A stretch of 64,000 bases of DNA from Sphagnum compactum (lineage: Eukaryota), in contig OZ234493.1 of NCBI GenBank assembly GCA_965153455.1, positions 15,800,213 through 15,864,212 of the forward strand, written 5' to 3'. Shown here one piece after another: positions 36,571 through 48,300 of the stretch. Below the pieces are notes generated by a model that searched no databases, was not told where the DNA came from, and saw only the letters and a list, made by a program, of their open reading frames with translations. Every line of letters starts with the position of its first letter. The first letter of the stretch is position 1. Both the position numbers and the translations under genes were made by a program.

Positions 36571-39031
36571 TTCACGAGCAGTATTTTCTTTTTTTCCCGT
36601 TTTTCCGACAAAAGTAATTGGGAAATTCTTGGAAATTTTTCATTTTCTAGCTTTAAATTCGGCTTTTTTTTTTTTGGAAAATTGGCGAATTTCTCAAGAT
36701 CACAAAATTGAAAAAAGATACTATGGTTAAATTATGCAACAATTATATTTCTAGATTCAACTAATTTTGCTTTTATTTCGCAAATTTTGGCTAAATTTTC
36801 AATATCACAAAATTGAAAAGAGATACCGTGGTTACAAGTATGGAACAATTACATTTCTCAAATTTAAAATAACCCATATCCCTAATTGTCTCTAAAATTG
36901 AAATTTCCTCATAAGTAATAGTCCCTAGTACATACCCACCAAAAACAAAAGGGGAAAAAACTTTATATCAATAACCTTTTGGTCTAGGGTCTCTTGAATT
37001 AGGGCTTTCATAAACCCTAAACCCCTAAACCCTAAACCAATGTTGTGAAGTTATTTGAATTTATGAAAAATTGTCGCATCTAATTTTTGAAAATAGTTTA
37101 GGGTTAGAAAACCATTGGTTTAGGGTTATACCAAAAAGAATTGGAACCCATAAATTACCACCCATCCCAGATATTTGAAAACCCTAACACAACTAATTGG
37201 TGGGTAGTTGTGGTTCTCATGAAAGAACCAGCGGTTATATGGGCGGTTATTTGAAATTTTTTTGCAAAGTTTTGCAAGACCATTCATGGTATATATCAAA
37301 GATCGACTCTTTCATTTTGTGAAAACCATGATTATGAACCTTATGAATTGCTTAAATAAGTGCAAATGTGTGTTTCAAATGTGTGTTCCAATGTTGAGAA
37401 GATAAATGTAAATACACATATACCCATTAAAAAAAAACATCTTTTGTCATGTGATATTAGATCGGTGTTGCACATTATGAGAACTAACAAAAATCACACA
37501 CATGAAAACATTCACACAAATCATGACAAGTTTGTGATTTTGTTTTGTGTGTGTTTGCTTTGAACATGGATTCTTGTATTAGTTTATATATAAGTCTATT
37601 TAACATAAAAGATGAGACTCCAAAATAACACCTTGAAAATAAACCTTCCAAACTCACAAAATATTCAAATTCATGTTTACACTCAACTAGGTTCCAACCC
37701 CAAACCAATCTTACCAATACAAATGAACATTTTACAATAAAGATCAAACCAAAGCATGATTCACACCTAGTGCCAAGTCAATGGTAAATCATTATTACAA
37801 TTTTTTTTATTATTGAGTGTATTCACATATGCAATGTTAGATAACATTCATGATGATGTGGAATCCTTGTTGGCAAGCAGTGATAATTTGATGTTAGTGT
37901 TGGTGGTAATTAACGTTCAAAAAAAAAAAATTAACAATTTTTGAACAATTAACTCAATGTTATGAAAAAAAACAAAAGTGACCATTTAACTTGATGTTAT
38001 ATATCACAAAGAACATTGGGAAAAACTAGAGATGAAAAAGAGGAAAAAGGAGTCAAAAAGGTGGCAACACTAACTTTCTCCAAAAAACATGAACCTTTTT
38101 AGTGTGAATCAATGTCACTATTAAAATCATTATACCTTTGGTGCCATATAACATTGTCCTTAGTGCAAATAGGCACAAGTTTTGCTCAAATAAACATTAT
38201 CAATATCTTGGCACTAAGTGAAATGTTTTATAAAATTTAATGGCTAGTTCCATGGTAGCCTACTTTACCATTAGTGCTTTAACATTAGGTGTGATTCTTG
38301 TTTAACATCATTAACTTTGTTTGTTTTAACCAACTCAACAATAACAATGTTTAATGACTAAAGTTCCATTCACACCTAGAGGTAGCCCCAAAAAGTTAGG
38401 ACTTGAAGTTAGGTTAACTTTGGGTTAAGAGTTAGGGTTAGGAACTTTTTACTATTTCTTTTGTAGTCGTTACAATATCCTTTATCTTTCTTGCACATCA
38501 CCGTCTAACCGTATTTTTAGTTGAAGGGAGTTAAAGTGATAGTAGAGGCTAAACTCTATTCATGATGAACTTTGTGTACTTTGGAGGTAAGTCACCAAAC
38601 TCCATGTTCCTTTTTCATTTTTCTTTCAAGTCCTTTGAGCTTTTTTTGTGTTCCAAGTTTCTTCTTTGAGTTCTTTCTACACTCTCAATTTCTCTATGCT
38701 CAAAATTTCTTCTTTAAGTTTTTTTTACATTTTTAGTTTCTTTACACTCTAAGATTTTCTCTTTGAACTTTTTTTGCACTCTCAATTTCTCTACATTCCA
38801 AGTTTTTTCTCTGAGCTTTCTCTACATTTTTTATTCTTTTATACTCCAAGTTTCACTATGTTCATTTTTTAATTTTCTTTCAAGCACTTTGGAATTGTGT
38901 TTTTTATGTGTTTTTGTTGATGTTACAGAGCTCAAACTTTTTCTTTTCCAACATTGTCTTGAATTGTTGTCCACAACCTTTTATTTCTATGATTTTGTTT
39001 TTACCATGAAACCTCTTAACCTATCATTCTT

Positions 39032-40030
39032 TTGATGCAATTCATCCATGTTGTTTTACAAATGCAAGAGTTGTTGAATCATGTGTATGTCGAAGGCGAG
39101 ATTACAACAATTGAAGAATTGGTGAAAAACTATTGGCAACTTCAGAGCAGAAACATGGTGTTTGATGCATTAAAGAATGCAAACATCTTGCATCAATATT
39201 GGCTAATTTGCAATTTGGAATTATTGATGAGTAAAGAGGTTGGGGACTAGATCAAGGCCATGAACACCACATGGTACTCAAATTTTTTAATGGCACAATA
39301 CAACAACAAGAGGTGGGTAAAGCACTTTTGCATAACCAAAAATATTGTTTTGCAACTTATGAAAAAACTTATACCTTTGATTGAAAAAAATTCTTGTTGG
39401 CATTAAGGTTACCTACTCATTTTACAAATTGTCCCATAGAGCTAAATACCTTTAGTGTGGTGAATTGTTTGCAATCAACAAATCTTTGGTGAATATGGTT
39501 CTTCACAAATTTGTGTGTGCTATCAATGAAATGTTTAAAAACTAGATCTGGTGGCCTCGAAAAGATAATTTGATTCAAGCCATGGTTGGTTTCAAAGAGC
39601 TTAGTGGCCTCCCATTAGTTTGCAGTGCCATCGATTGCACTCAGATACACATACAAAAACCTACTGATGTAGCAAATGTTATAAACTACTTTTCTTATAA
39701 ATCTAAATCCTACAATATGAAGTTATAAGTTGTTATTGACCATGAGAGATGATTCTGAAATGTCTTTATTGGACCACCAAGTTCAATGAACAATTCTAAT
39801 ATCCTTCAATTCTTTAATTTTAATCAAAATGCAACATATCATGGGTTGTTCAGCCCTGAACATGTCTCAAGACGATATTTGCCCATACATTATAAGGGAC
39901 AAAGGCTACCCTCTGTTACTTTGGTTATGATGTTTCATAAACAAAATGCAAATATTCAACAAACACTTTTAGAAGTTTTCTACAGTGAACAGCTTTCTAG
40001 GTGTAGGAATGTAATTGAAAATGAGGAAGG
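39032..40030 (+). mobile_element. Decayed PIF/Harbinger transposase (DDE_Tnp_4 / HARBI1-like) pseudogene
   Basis: The plus strand reads ...GFKELSGLPLVCSAIDCTQIHIQKP (AIDCTQ at 39627)...YFSYKSKSYNMKL*VVIDHER*F*NVFIGPPSSMNNSNIL, matching GAIDGTHI...YxxKxxYSxxLQAVVD...GxPGSxxDSxIL, with multiple stops. Confidence 0.85.
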
Positions 40031-41627
40031 AATGGGAAATGAAAAAAAAAACAAGCTCATGAGGAAAAAGTGATGAAAAAAAGAAAACAAGTTCACAAGG
40101 AAGAAATGAATAATGAGACAAAAAAAAGAAACAAAGTCATAAGAAAGGAATGTCAAATGAAGAAAAAATAATTATAGTTGGAACTTGGAGCCAAGTCTTT
40201 AAATGAATTGATTAGTAAATCAAATGTAATTTATGAAATTATATATATGTGAAATTGATTAAAAAATTTCACATGTAAAATTTATTTCATTTATGAAATT
40301 TAATTATTAATTTATTCAATTAACAAAGTATATAATGATTTATTAGTGATTTTAAAAATTAAAAAATAGTTAGATTAAGTTACATAATTATTTTAGATTT
40401 ATAACCCAAATAAATATTTTAAAAATTATATTTGAATTTTTGAAATGAATACTCAAATTATAATCAACATTTTATAATTGTTTAGGTTTTTTTTTTTTTA
40501 GAAAATCTAATGTAATCATGAAAATGAAAATAATTAAATTAAATAATGAAATGAAGGTAGGTAGGTAGGTAGGTAGGTAGGTAAGTAGACAAGTCATAAA
40601 TAAATATGTAGGTAAGTATTACCTACTAACCATTGTTTACTACCTACTTACTTAATAATTAACCATCATATTGCTTGCACTTACATTAGAAAATTAAGTT
40701 CATTGCATGAACTTAAATAATTATATAACATTTCAATGCACAAAATTTCAAACATACATGTGTTTATATTTATGTGATTACGAGACTTGCTACCATATGA
40801 ATGGTGGTTGGATGGATAAAGACTTTCTTTATGGCCATCAAGATGAAGGTTCAAATCTCACTTTTGATAGATCCTATAATTGTGATTAAAATTAGTCTTG
40901 TTAGAAGTGTGATTAAAGATCGTCACATTGACATGGAAAGAAAATAATAAAAGCATACATATACATGCAAGTAATAAGGTTGCCCACTTGTTAACAATTT
41001 TATTTTTTTAATGTCATAATTTGGAGTAAGGAATTTATTTGCAATTTAAATAATTAAGATAATAATAATAACTTGTCGTGTAAAATTGAATAAATGTAAA
41101 TGGAAACTTATGTCTAGTTTCAAACTTTTCAAATCCCCGATGCAATGCACACAAAAACACAAATTATTGTTAGTTCTCATTCAAGTTTATTTCGTATCAT
41201 GCAATTTGTTCTTTGGACATGTTATTTGTGCTAAAAATGTTGTGACTAGGTGAAGGTTTATCTTGTACCAAGTTTTTATTAAAGAGGAATGTTGGCACAA
41301 CACCTCCACTATGAATATGAGAACAATTTGACCTAATGAACTCAAAAATTTTGCTACATTGGATAACTATGGCCCTTTAAAACATTTGTCCAATCCCTAA
41401 AACCTCTTAATTAACAAGTTGCATTAGCAAAATATTTCCTTTGAAATCACCAACCCAAACCTTGGAATCTTTTAGTTTTCACTAGTTAAATGGGTTATTT
41501 ATGTTCCCAACAATCATTTGCCAAATCCTATAACCTTTTCAACATTAACCTAAAATCTAAATTTAAAATTAATAAAAAATCTTGAATTAGAGTTTTTACC
41601 AATGTGAATTATTACCAACTTTTGTTA

Positions 41628-42280
41628 TGTCATGACTTTAATTTTGGGCTTGCTACCAAAGTTAAGGTATGAGAAGGAAAGTGAGTCAAGAGAATTTGCT
41701 GGAACTCAAGCATATTCACACAAATGTGAAAAAATCCAAGCAAGTGAATCCTTACACTTCAAAATGGATTCTCACTTTACGAGTTGGAGTTTTATGAGTG
41801 TCTCGAATTTTTGGAACATAAATGCAAACTAAAAACCGTGTCCAAATTGAGTTACTTTTAAACCATTCAAAAGGATTTGAAGCATTAGTATTGAAAATGG
41901 GTTCATATTTTCCATTTAAAAATTTGAAACACAAGTTATGGCCAAAAGTCAAATTGGCAATTTAATTGACAGTCATTAAAACCCAAGAAATTGGTCAAAT
42001 GGTTTTGGATCAAAACATGTAATACAATGGGCCAAATGTTTTTTCAAAGGTTACAACTTTTCCCTTCAAAAAATTTCAATTAGATTTTGTATGTGAAAAT
42101 TATGAACTTGCAAAATTAGAAGATTTTTAATTTAACAAAATCAAAAAATTTTGACATTCTCATTTTGGGACCTTGAATTTTTTTGTCATTTCAATGTAAT
42201 CTCCATTTCCAACTACATATTATATTGTAAGGAAGAGAGTGATGAGTTCTTTCGAATCTAGCCTATCATGAGCCTTGTGA
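41628..42280 (-). mobile_element. Old, truncated inverted copy of the 7775-8690 LTR family
   Basis: 41628 TGTCATGACTTTAATTTTGGGCTTGCTACCAAAG aligns to the reverse complement of the LTR end (TGTCGCAACCCTAGCCTTGGGCTCGTGACCAAGG). Internal matches include AAACACAAGTTATGGCCAAAA and GTCAAATTGGCAATT; similarity runs to ~42280. Confidence 0.75.
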
Positions 42281-44787
42281 AAATTGTTGTCCAATAAAAA
42301 ATAATCATTTCTTTTTATACCACTTGAAAGGCACAGGATTTAGAACATATTTATAAACCCAAATTAAGTTTCACATTATTTGATTGATATACTTCATCCA
42401 AAATGTAGGGTACAAGCCATTTTAATATTAATAACGTGTTCACCCACATCCTGTATATGTGTTTCTATGACTATCCATCACATCCAACATATTGTGTTAA
42501 TTATCCTTCCATCCCCACCTTTAAAGTAGATCTAATGATGTATTATTATATGTGGGTTAGTATCATTAATTATTACATCCAATTTTGGTGTTAAATGTTT
42601 ATCCCTCCCCCACTAATAAATAATAAATATGATATAATATACCCCAAAAAAATAAAAATGTCACACATGAACTAGTCGTTTGGATTAACCAATCAATGAC
42701 CAACCAATTGCTATGGCTAATGAATAAAAAATAATTAGTTATTTTTCAAGGTATTTTGACATTCATAGTATCTTACACAACTACACAAGAATTGAACCCA
42801 TTTCCACACCTTTCAAGTGATGTTGACTTCATCCAAATTATGGTGTACAAGTAATTTTCTTACAACTACTAGAGTTGTTCTTAAGCATGAAAAACTGAAC
42901 AATATAATAAATGTGAGAAATTATCTTAATGTCACCACCGAAGCCAATAAGAAACAATCATTTCTTTTTACAAACCCTTTTATTTAAATGACAATTTATC
43001 ATGGGCATATTTTATAGCTGAAACTAAATTTTACCCTATTTGAATGTTATATTTCATCCAAAATAGAAGGTACAATTTGTTGGCCTTGCCTATCACGGCA
43101 AGGATATTGAGTTGAGATTCATTGTAGAATATAGTAGATTAATGGGTTTTGGCCCCTAGGTTATAGGTCTATTTTTATATGAGGATTTTTGAAAGATGAT
43201 ATTTTGGCTTGTGTTGAAACTTGAGATTAGTTATAGAGTTATCACAGTTTGAAGGATTTTGGTTTCTTTTTGAGGATTTTTTGAAGATTATATTTTTGCA
43301 TGGTGAAATATTTGAGTTTCCATAATTATTTTTTTGCCTTAAGATACATTTTAAGTAAATGGCAAGGCCATAGTGTGACACACCCCTTTTTCTATTATTG
43401 TGGGTGTAGATGTTGTAAGAGTATGTCCATGGACAAACCTTATTTGATAGTTTAGCAATATTTAACACATCCAAGGTGAAATGTTAATTCCTCTGTATTC
43501 ACACTCATAAACCTGAAAAAGTGAACTCAATGAAATGATAGACAATTTAAATCTTATTACTTGGGCCAAGTAGCATGATTGGCCAATTGAGAACAATCTT
43601 TCCTTTGAATGATGTTGTGACCAAAAAGAAAGGTTTAAAAAGAATAATATCTTGTGCAAGAGTAACTCATAGTAGAAAAACAACTCTTGGAAATCTAAAC
43701 ATCATTAATTTCAACAAATTACATTATCGAGACTATAGACCCGATACTACCAAAAATTCCATTGGTGCTACTGAATTGTTGGAACAAAGTTCAATGTTTT
43801 ATGTGTCAATTACCAACTGGTACACACATGGTGATCTTTCCCTAACTTATCATAATGGCAGCAAACAATTTGGACCATGTACATAACCATACATTAAAAT
43901 CTAGATCTATTGAGGTATAGCTTGAGGTTAGAACCCTCAATGTTCAGTCAGTCCATGTGAGCTACTAACCCATATCTAACAAATGCAACAACGCAAAGAA
44001 ATAGTAAGTTCCATGTTTGATAAACCTTAATCTCAGATTTTTGAACTCAATGTCCGAACCCAAGTACTAGTGACATAGACCAGGTTGACTTAGAACCACT
44101 CAGGAAAGACAAATTTTTTTGTGCATATTTGGACTACATATATGTCTCTATAACTTCCCACTTCTGTTCTCATTTCTCTCATTTTACCCAACCCAAGGAC
44201 ACCCCAATTTAAGCTTACAGTGTTCACCCAAATACTTGACCTATGACATGGATTAAAGAGATCTTCAACAAATATTTACAATACCCAATTCAAATGCATA
44301 TTGATCCTTTACATGCCCCTTTCTCTATAACTCGAACTTCCTCCCTTTTGTCATCAATCTTCAGCATCAACCCCTTATAGAATCTATTCCTACCAAGGAT
44401 GCATTGCTTGCCATAGTGTAATCACTGGCGCAACAGAAATCAAACACAACAACTACCAATCACGACAGGTAAAATTTACCATCTCTTGAAACTGATCATG
44501 AAAGAAGAAAAATCTGCCTGCATTGCTTCTGAATTCCCCTTCTTATCCTGCCTTCCATCGTCCTACTCTCCAAGCCTCCATTCAATGCCACACCTTCCTC
44601 AACCATCTATAGCTCAGTGCCGATTAATTTTACAAAATACACAAACAAACAAGATTTCCTACCCATCCTCACAAGCTTTCTTGAAACAATTATTGCTGCA
44701 ACTATCTTAGAGAAACAAATAATGACAAAATGATTTCCACCATTAACATGGAGAAAGTTGACAACCACTGAAAACAAAAATTAAAAC

Positions 44788-44880
44788 TCTAAAAACTTAC
44801 TATGTTCACACGAGAATGTTATCCAATTCATTTCCTGTCTAAAAACTTTCTATGTTCACACGAGAATGTTATCCAATTCA
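44788..44880. repeat. Direct duplication of a ~43-bp segment (50-bp period)
   Basis: TCTAAAAACTT.CTATGTTCACACGAGAATGTTATCCAATTCA twice. Confidence 0.85.
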
Positions 44881-44925
44881 CTTCTTGTGAGGGCACAAGT
44901 GTTCGCAATTGCAGGGCGTTGCTAA

Positions 44926-45199
44926 GAGCATCTCTAGTGGTACTCCGTAAGGGACACTGCAAAATTATTTTTCACATCCAAGCTCAGTTATTTACGTTTT
45001 TGCAACCTTGCAACCCCACCCATAGAACTGAAACTGGGACAGCAAATAGGTGGCCAGTGGGGGGCTACTAATAGCAAACAACCTTGACCATTATGATGGG
45101 CCAATCAGAAACACTGAGGAGCAGTCAAATCACATTTATTACACTCATTCAAAATATATGCGAAAGGCCATTTTGCTGCTGTCCTCGCTAGGCATGCTC
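44926..45199. mobile_element. Tourist-like (PIF/Harbinger) MITE, ~274 bp, ~130 bp upstream of the FAM185A-like ATG
   Basis: TIRs GAGCATCTCTAG / CTAGGCATGCTC (2 mismatches), flanked by TAA / CAA. The interior matches the 62226-62929 element (AACTGAAACTGG.ACAGCAAATAGGTGG...CTACTAATAGCAAAC...ATGGGCCAAT.AGAAA). Confidence 0.7.
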
Positions 45200-45330
45200 C
45201 AAGAAGGTTCCCAGAAGTTGTAAGCAGGCAAACAGTTATACCTTAGGGTTAGGGTTTCAAGACCCCAGGAAACAGGAGGTTGTTTGTTTCCTCAGTCCAA
45301 AAAAAGGGGCAGATCCGAATGGGAGATTGA

Positions 45331-48300
45331 ATGTCGGAGCTTGTAGCGATGGTGATGACAATGGCGGCAGCAGCAGCAGCAAGAAGGTTTGCCAGTTTTT
45401 CAAGTGCATATGCATCGCCAGTGAAGCATGCTGTTGCTGCATGTACGCTACTGAAGAAGCAGCGTGGAAATCCGTTGTCCCTGGTTTTGTTGCAATGGGT
45501 GAGGAGGAGAGGAGGATTTCCCTCATCTGATGATATTATCTCTGCAGCCAAAAAAACCACCCTTGTCAGCGATCAAAGAACTCAAGGTAACAAAATGGTT
45601 CAAGCACTTTCAATTCTCCCAAGGACTCAGTCCCTCATGATTCGCCAAAGAGAATTCTGATTCTATTCGTCATGGTTTAGGGTTTAGGGTTTTGTGAAGA
45701 GATTAGGGTTGGTTTAGGTCAAGAGGAAGATCTTTTTGATGCTCTGAATCTCAAAATATCGGTTTTTAAGAATAGTCAGTCCTTCACAATTTGGCGGAGA
45801 ATTCTCATTCTTTTCATCGTGGTTTAGGGTTTAGGGTTTTGTAAAAGAGGTTAGGGTTGTTCTAGATCAAGAGTAAGTTCTATGCTCTGAAGCTCAGAAT
45901 ATGTGTTGTTAAGGAGAGTCAGTGCTTCACAATATTTGGAAAGAATTCTCATTCTTTTTATTGTGTTTAATGGTTTAGGTTTTGGTAAAGAGATGAGGGT
46001 TGATTTAGATCAAGAGTAAGATCTTGTTGATGCTCTGAAGTTCAAAATCTGTTGTTAAGGAGAGTCAGTCCTTCACAATATTTGGAAGAGAATCCTCATT
46101 CTTTCCAATGTGGTTTAGGGTTTTGTAAAGAGATTTAGGGTTGGTTTAGATCAAGAGCAAGATTTTCTTGTTGTTAAGGCTCCGAAGCTCAAAATCTGTT
46201 GTAAAGATTTCACTCTTCTCAAAAAGATACTAATCTGTCAGTGGTTTTGCAATTCAATGTATTGCATTATATGAACTTGACACTCTCAAGTTCTTCTTGG
46301 GGGGATGTTTGCAAGGGTCACTGTGTCATCTCAGACCACCAGTAAACCTGAAGGATCTAGGAAGGGAAATAAGGGGACAATGCTTCAGCACTGACATCAA
46401 CACTAAGACAGTGCCGGTGGCAGTGATATCCACCCACAAAGTCATGGCTGTGAACGTGGGAGCTCTCTTGAAGGTCTTTTTTTTTCTAAGCCCAAATGGA
46501 CTTTCTGCTTGAGCAATGCTATGCAATTCCATGTGGAACATAGGGCTACCATAGCATGGGCAAAGCTCCAAGCTCTGATTTCCAATCGGTGAAATTCTAG
46601 TCATACCATAATCCTTAAATTTGTTGGAAAACAATTTTAATTGTCTGAAAAGCTTTGTAGTTTCAGTCACTTTGGTTTGTCCTGTTTTGAGTATTCTTTT
46701 GCAATAAGTTTGAAGCGTGCAAGTTCAATCCTTGTGTTGGAATTGGTGGGTGTTTCAAGCATGAGGGTGTGAAGGTTGTGGTATATTTAGTAGGGGTTTG
46801 AAGAAGGTCCAAGATTTTCATATATTCAGGTGCAAGGGTGCTGCAGGTGGCATAATATTTTGTTCTCTGGTTTTAGATAGATTTGCTTGGCATGGATGTG
46901 GATATTGATGTCACTGTTGGGGACAACCTTGAAGAAATCAGTCTTGAGGTGAGAGAGAGTTCAGCTTTCACTTTTGCTATTGTTTCTTCTATCCTTTTCC
47001 CCCTCTACACCACCATCAGCTCCTCTTTTTTAACATTTGTGTCTATTTGATTTCCTTTTTTATCAAATGTATAGTAACTCTCATTGTTTGCATGCAATAA
47101 CCTAGCAACCTTTGGAAAGTTTCGTATGATTGTCAAATTGCAAGAGAGCTTTTAGATCTGTTGTTTCTCCAAGTTGAAGAACTTTAGATGGTTTCTTCTG
47201 GAGTGATGCATTTGTATTTTTCCAATGGTTTCAGGCACAATGGGATGTTTGGCATCATCATGGGGATGGAGACTGGTCTTTCCTTACTATCTCCAGACCA
47301 GAGAATCATGTCTGTGAGTACTTCACCTGACAATGACTCTTAGATCATTGTGGTGACCTGGTGATACACATCTTTTGAAAGCAGTTGTAGACCCATACAT
47401 ATTTGAATACCAGTTGTAGGCCATATGCACAGACATACCCATTATGGCCATCTCGTGGTTTCTTATGACTTACTCAGCCAGTTGTAAATGTTCAGTTGTG
47501 GATGCATAATTTCACGAAAGAATATGTTTTTACCATGTAAAATGTGGACCTTCATCTTACATGACTATGGACCAAATGGGCTTGGAAGGGCTTCACAAGC
47601 TTGCAGGATTTACAGATGCTGAATACAGAGGTCTTAGGGCAGTGAAGGCAGCTATGCCTGCACGGTGGTGTAGCTTAGCTGTGGAAGCAGGCACATGCCC
47701 AGTCCACATTCAGAGCCTGGTTTGCATACTTCACTCAACTGCCTGTTCTTGAGTCAAGTTTCGCTTCTATTTTTTCTCCGCATTTTTGTTTGCCTAGTTG
47801 CTGCTCATTATGGGCAAACCCAAATGGGGTTGGAAGGGTGGCTACACAAGCTTGCACCTTTGGGGATGCATCTTTGAACTGAGAATGCATCCTTGTGGTG
47901 GCTTGCTCTTTTTTGAAAATTAACAAGTATTGGGTGTTGTCAACATATTTGTAGAGAGAAGGAAGCTTGAATGTGAAGACCTCAGGAGGACCGATTAAGA
48001 TTGGTATATCCTCTTCAACTGCATAAAACTGTATTGTCAGCTACTTAAACATCATGTTTGTCTACAGGGGCTAGAACCTGTCGAATGGTTTAGAAAAACA
48101 GTTGTTGTCCAGCTGGTTCTCACAATGGATCATCTGCTGTAACTTCGACAATTTTTGCTGGATCCATGATTCTGAATGTAATATTTATATTAACTTCTCT
48201 TCAGCACTGAATGATAAATGCATAAAGGAGACATAAAGGGGAGTACTGCAACCATTGCTTCCAGTGGAGGTTCTTTCACAGCTGGAACGGTAATACCTTT

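Noticed and set aside
43100-44430. Possible decayed retroelement coding sequence
   Set aside because: No RT, integrase or protease motif could be read with confidence.
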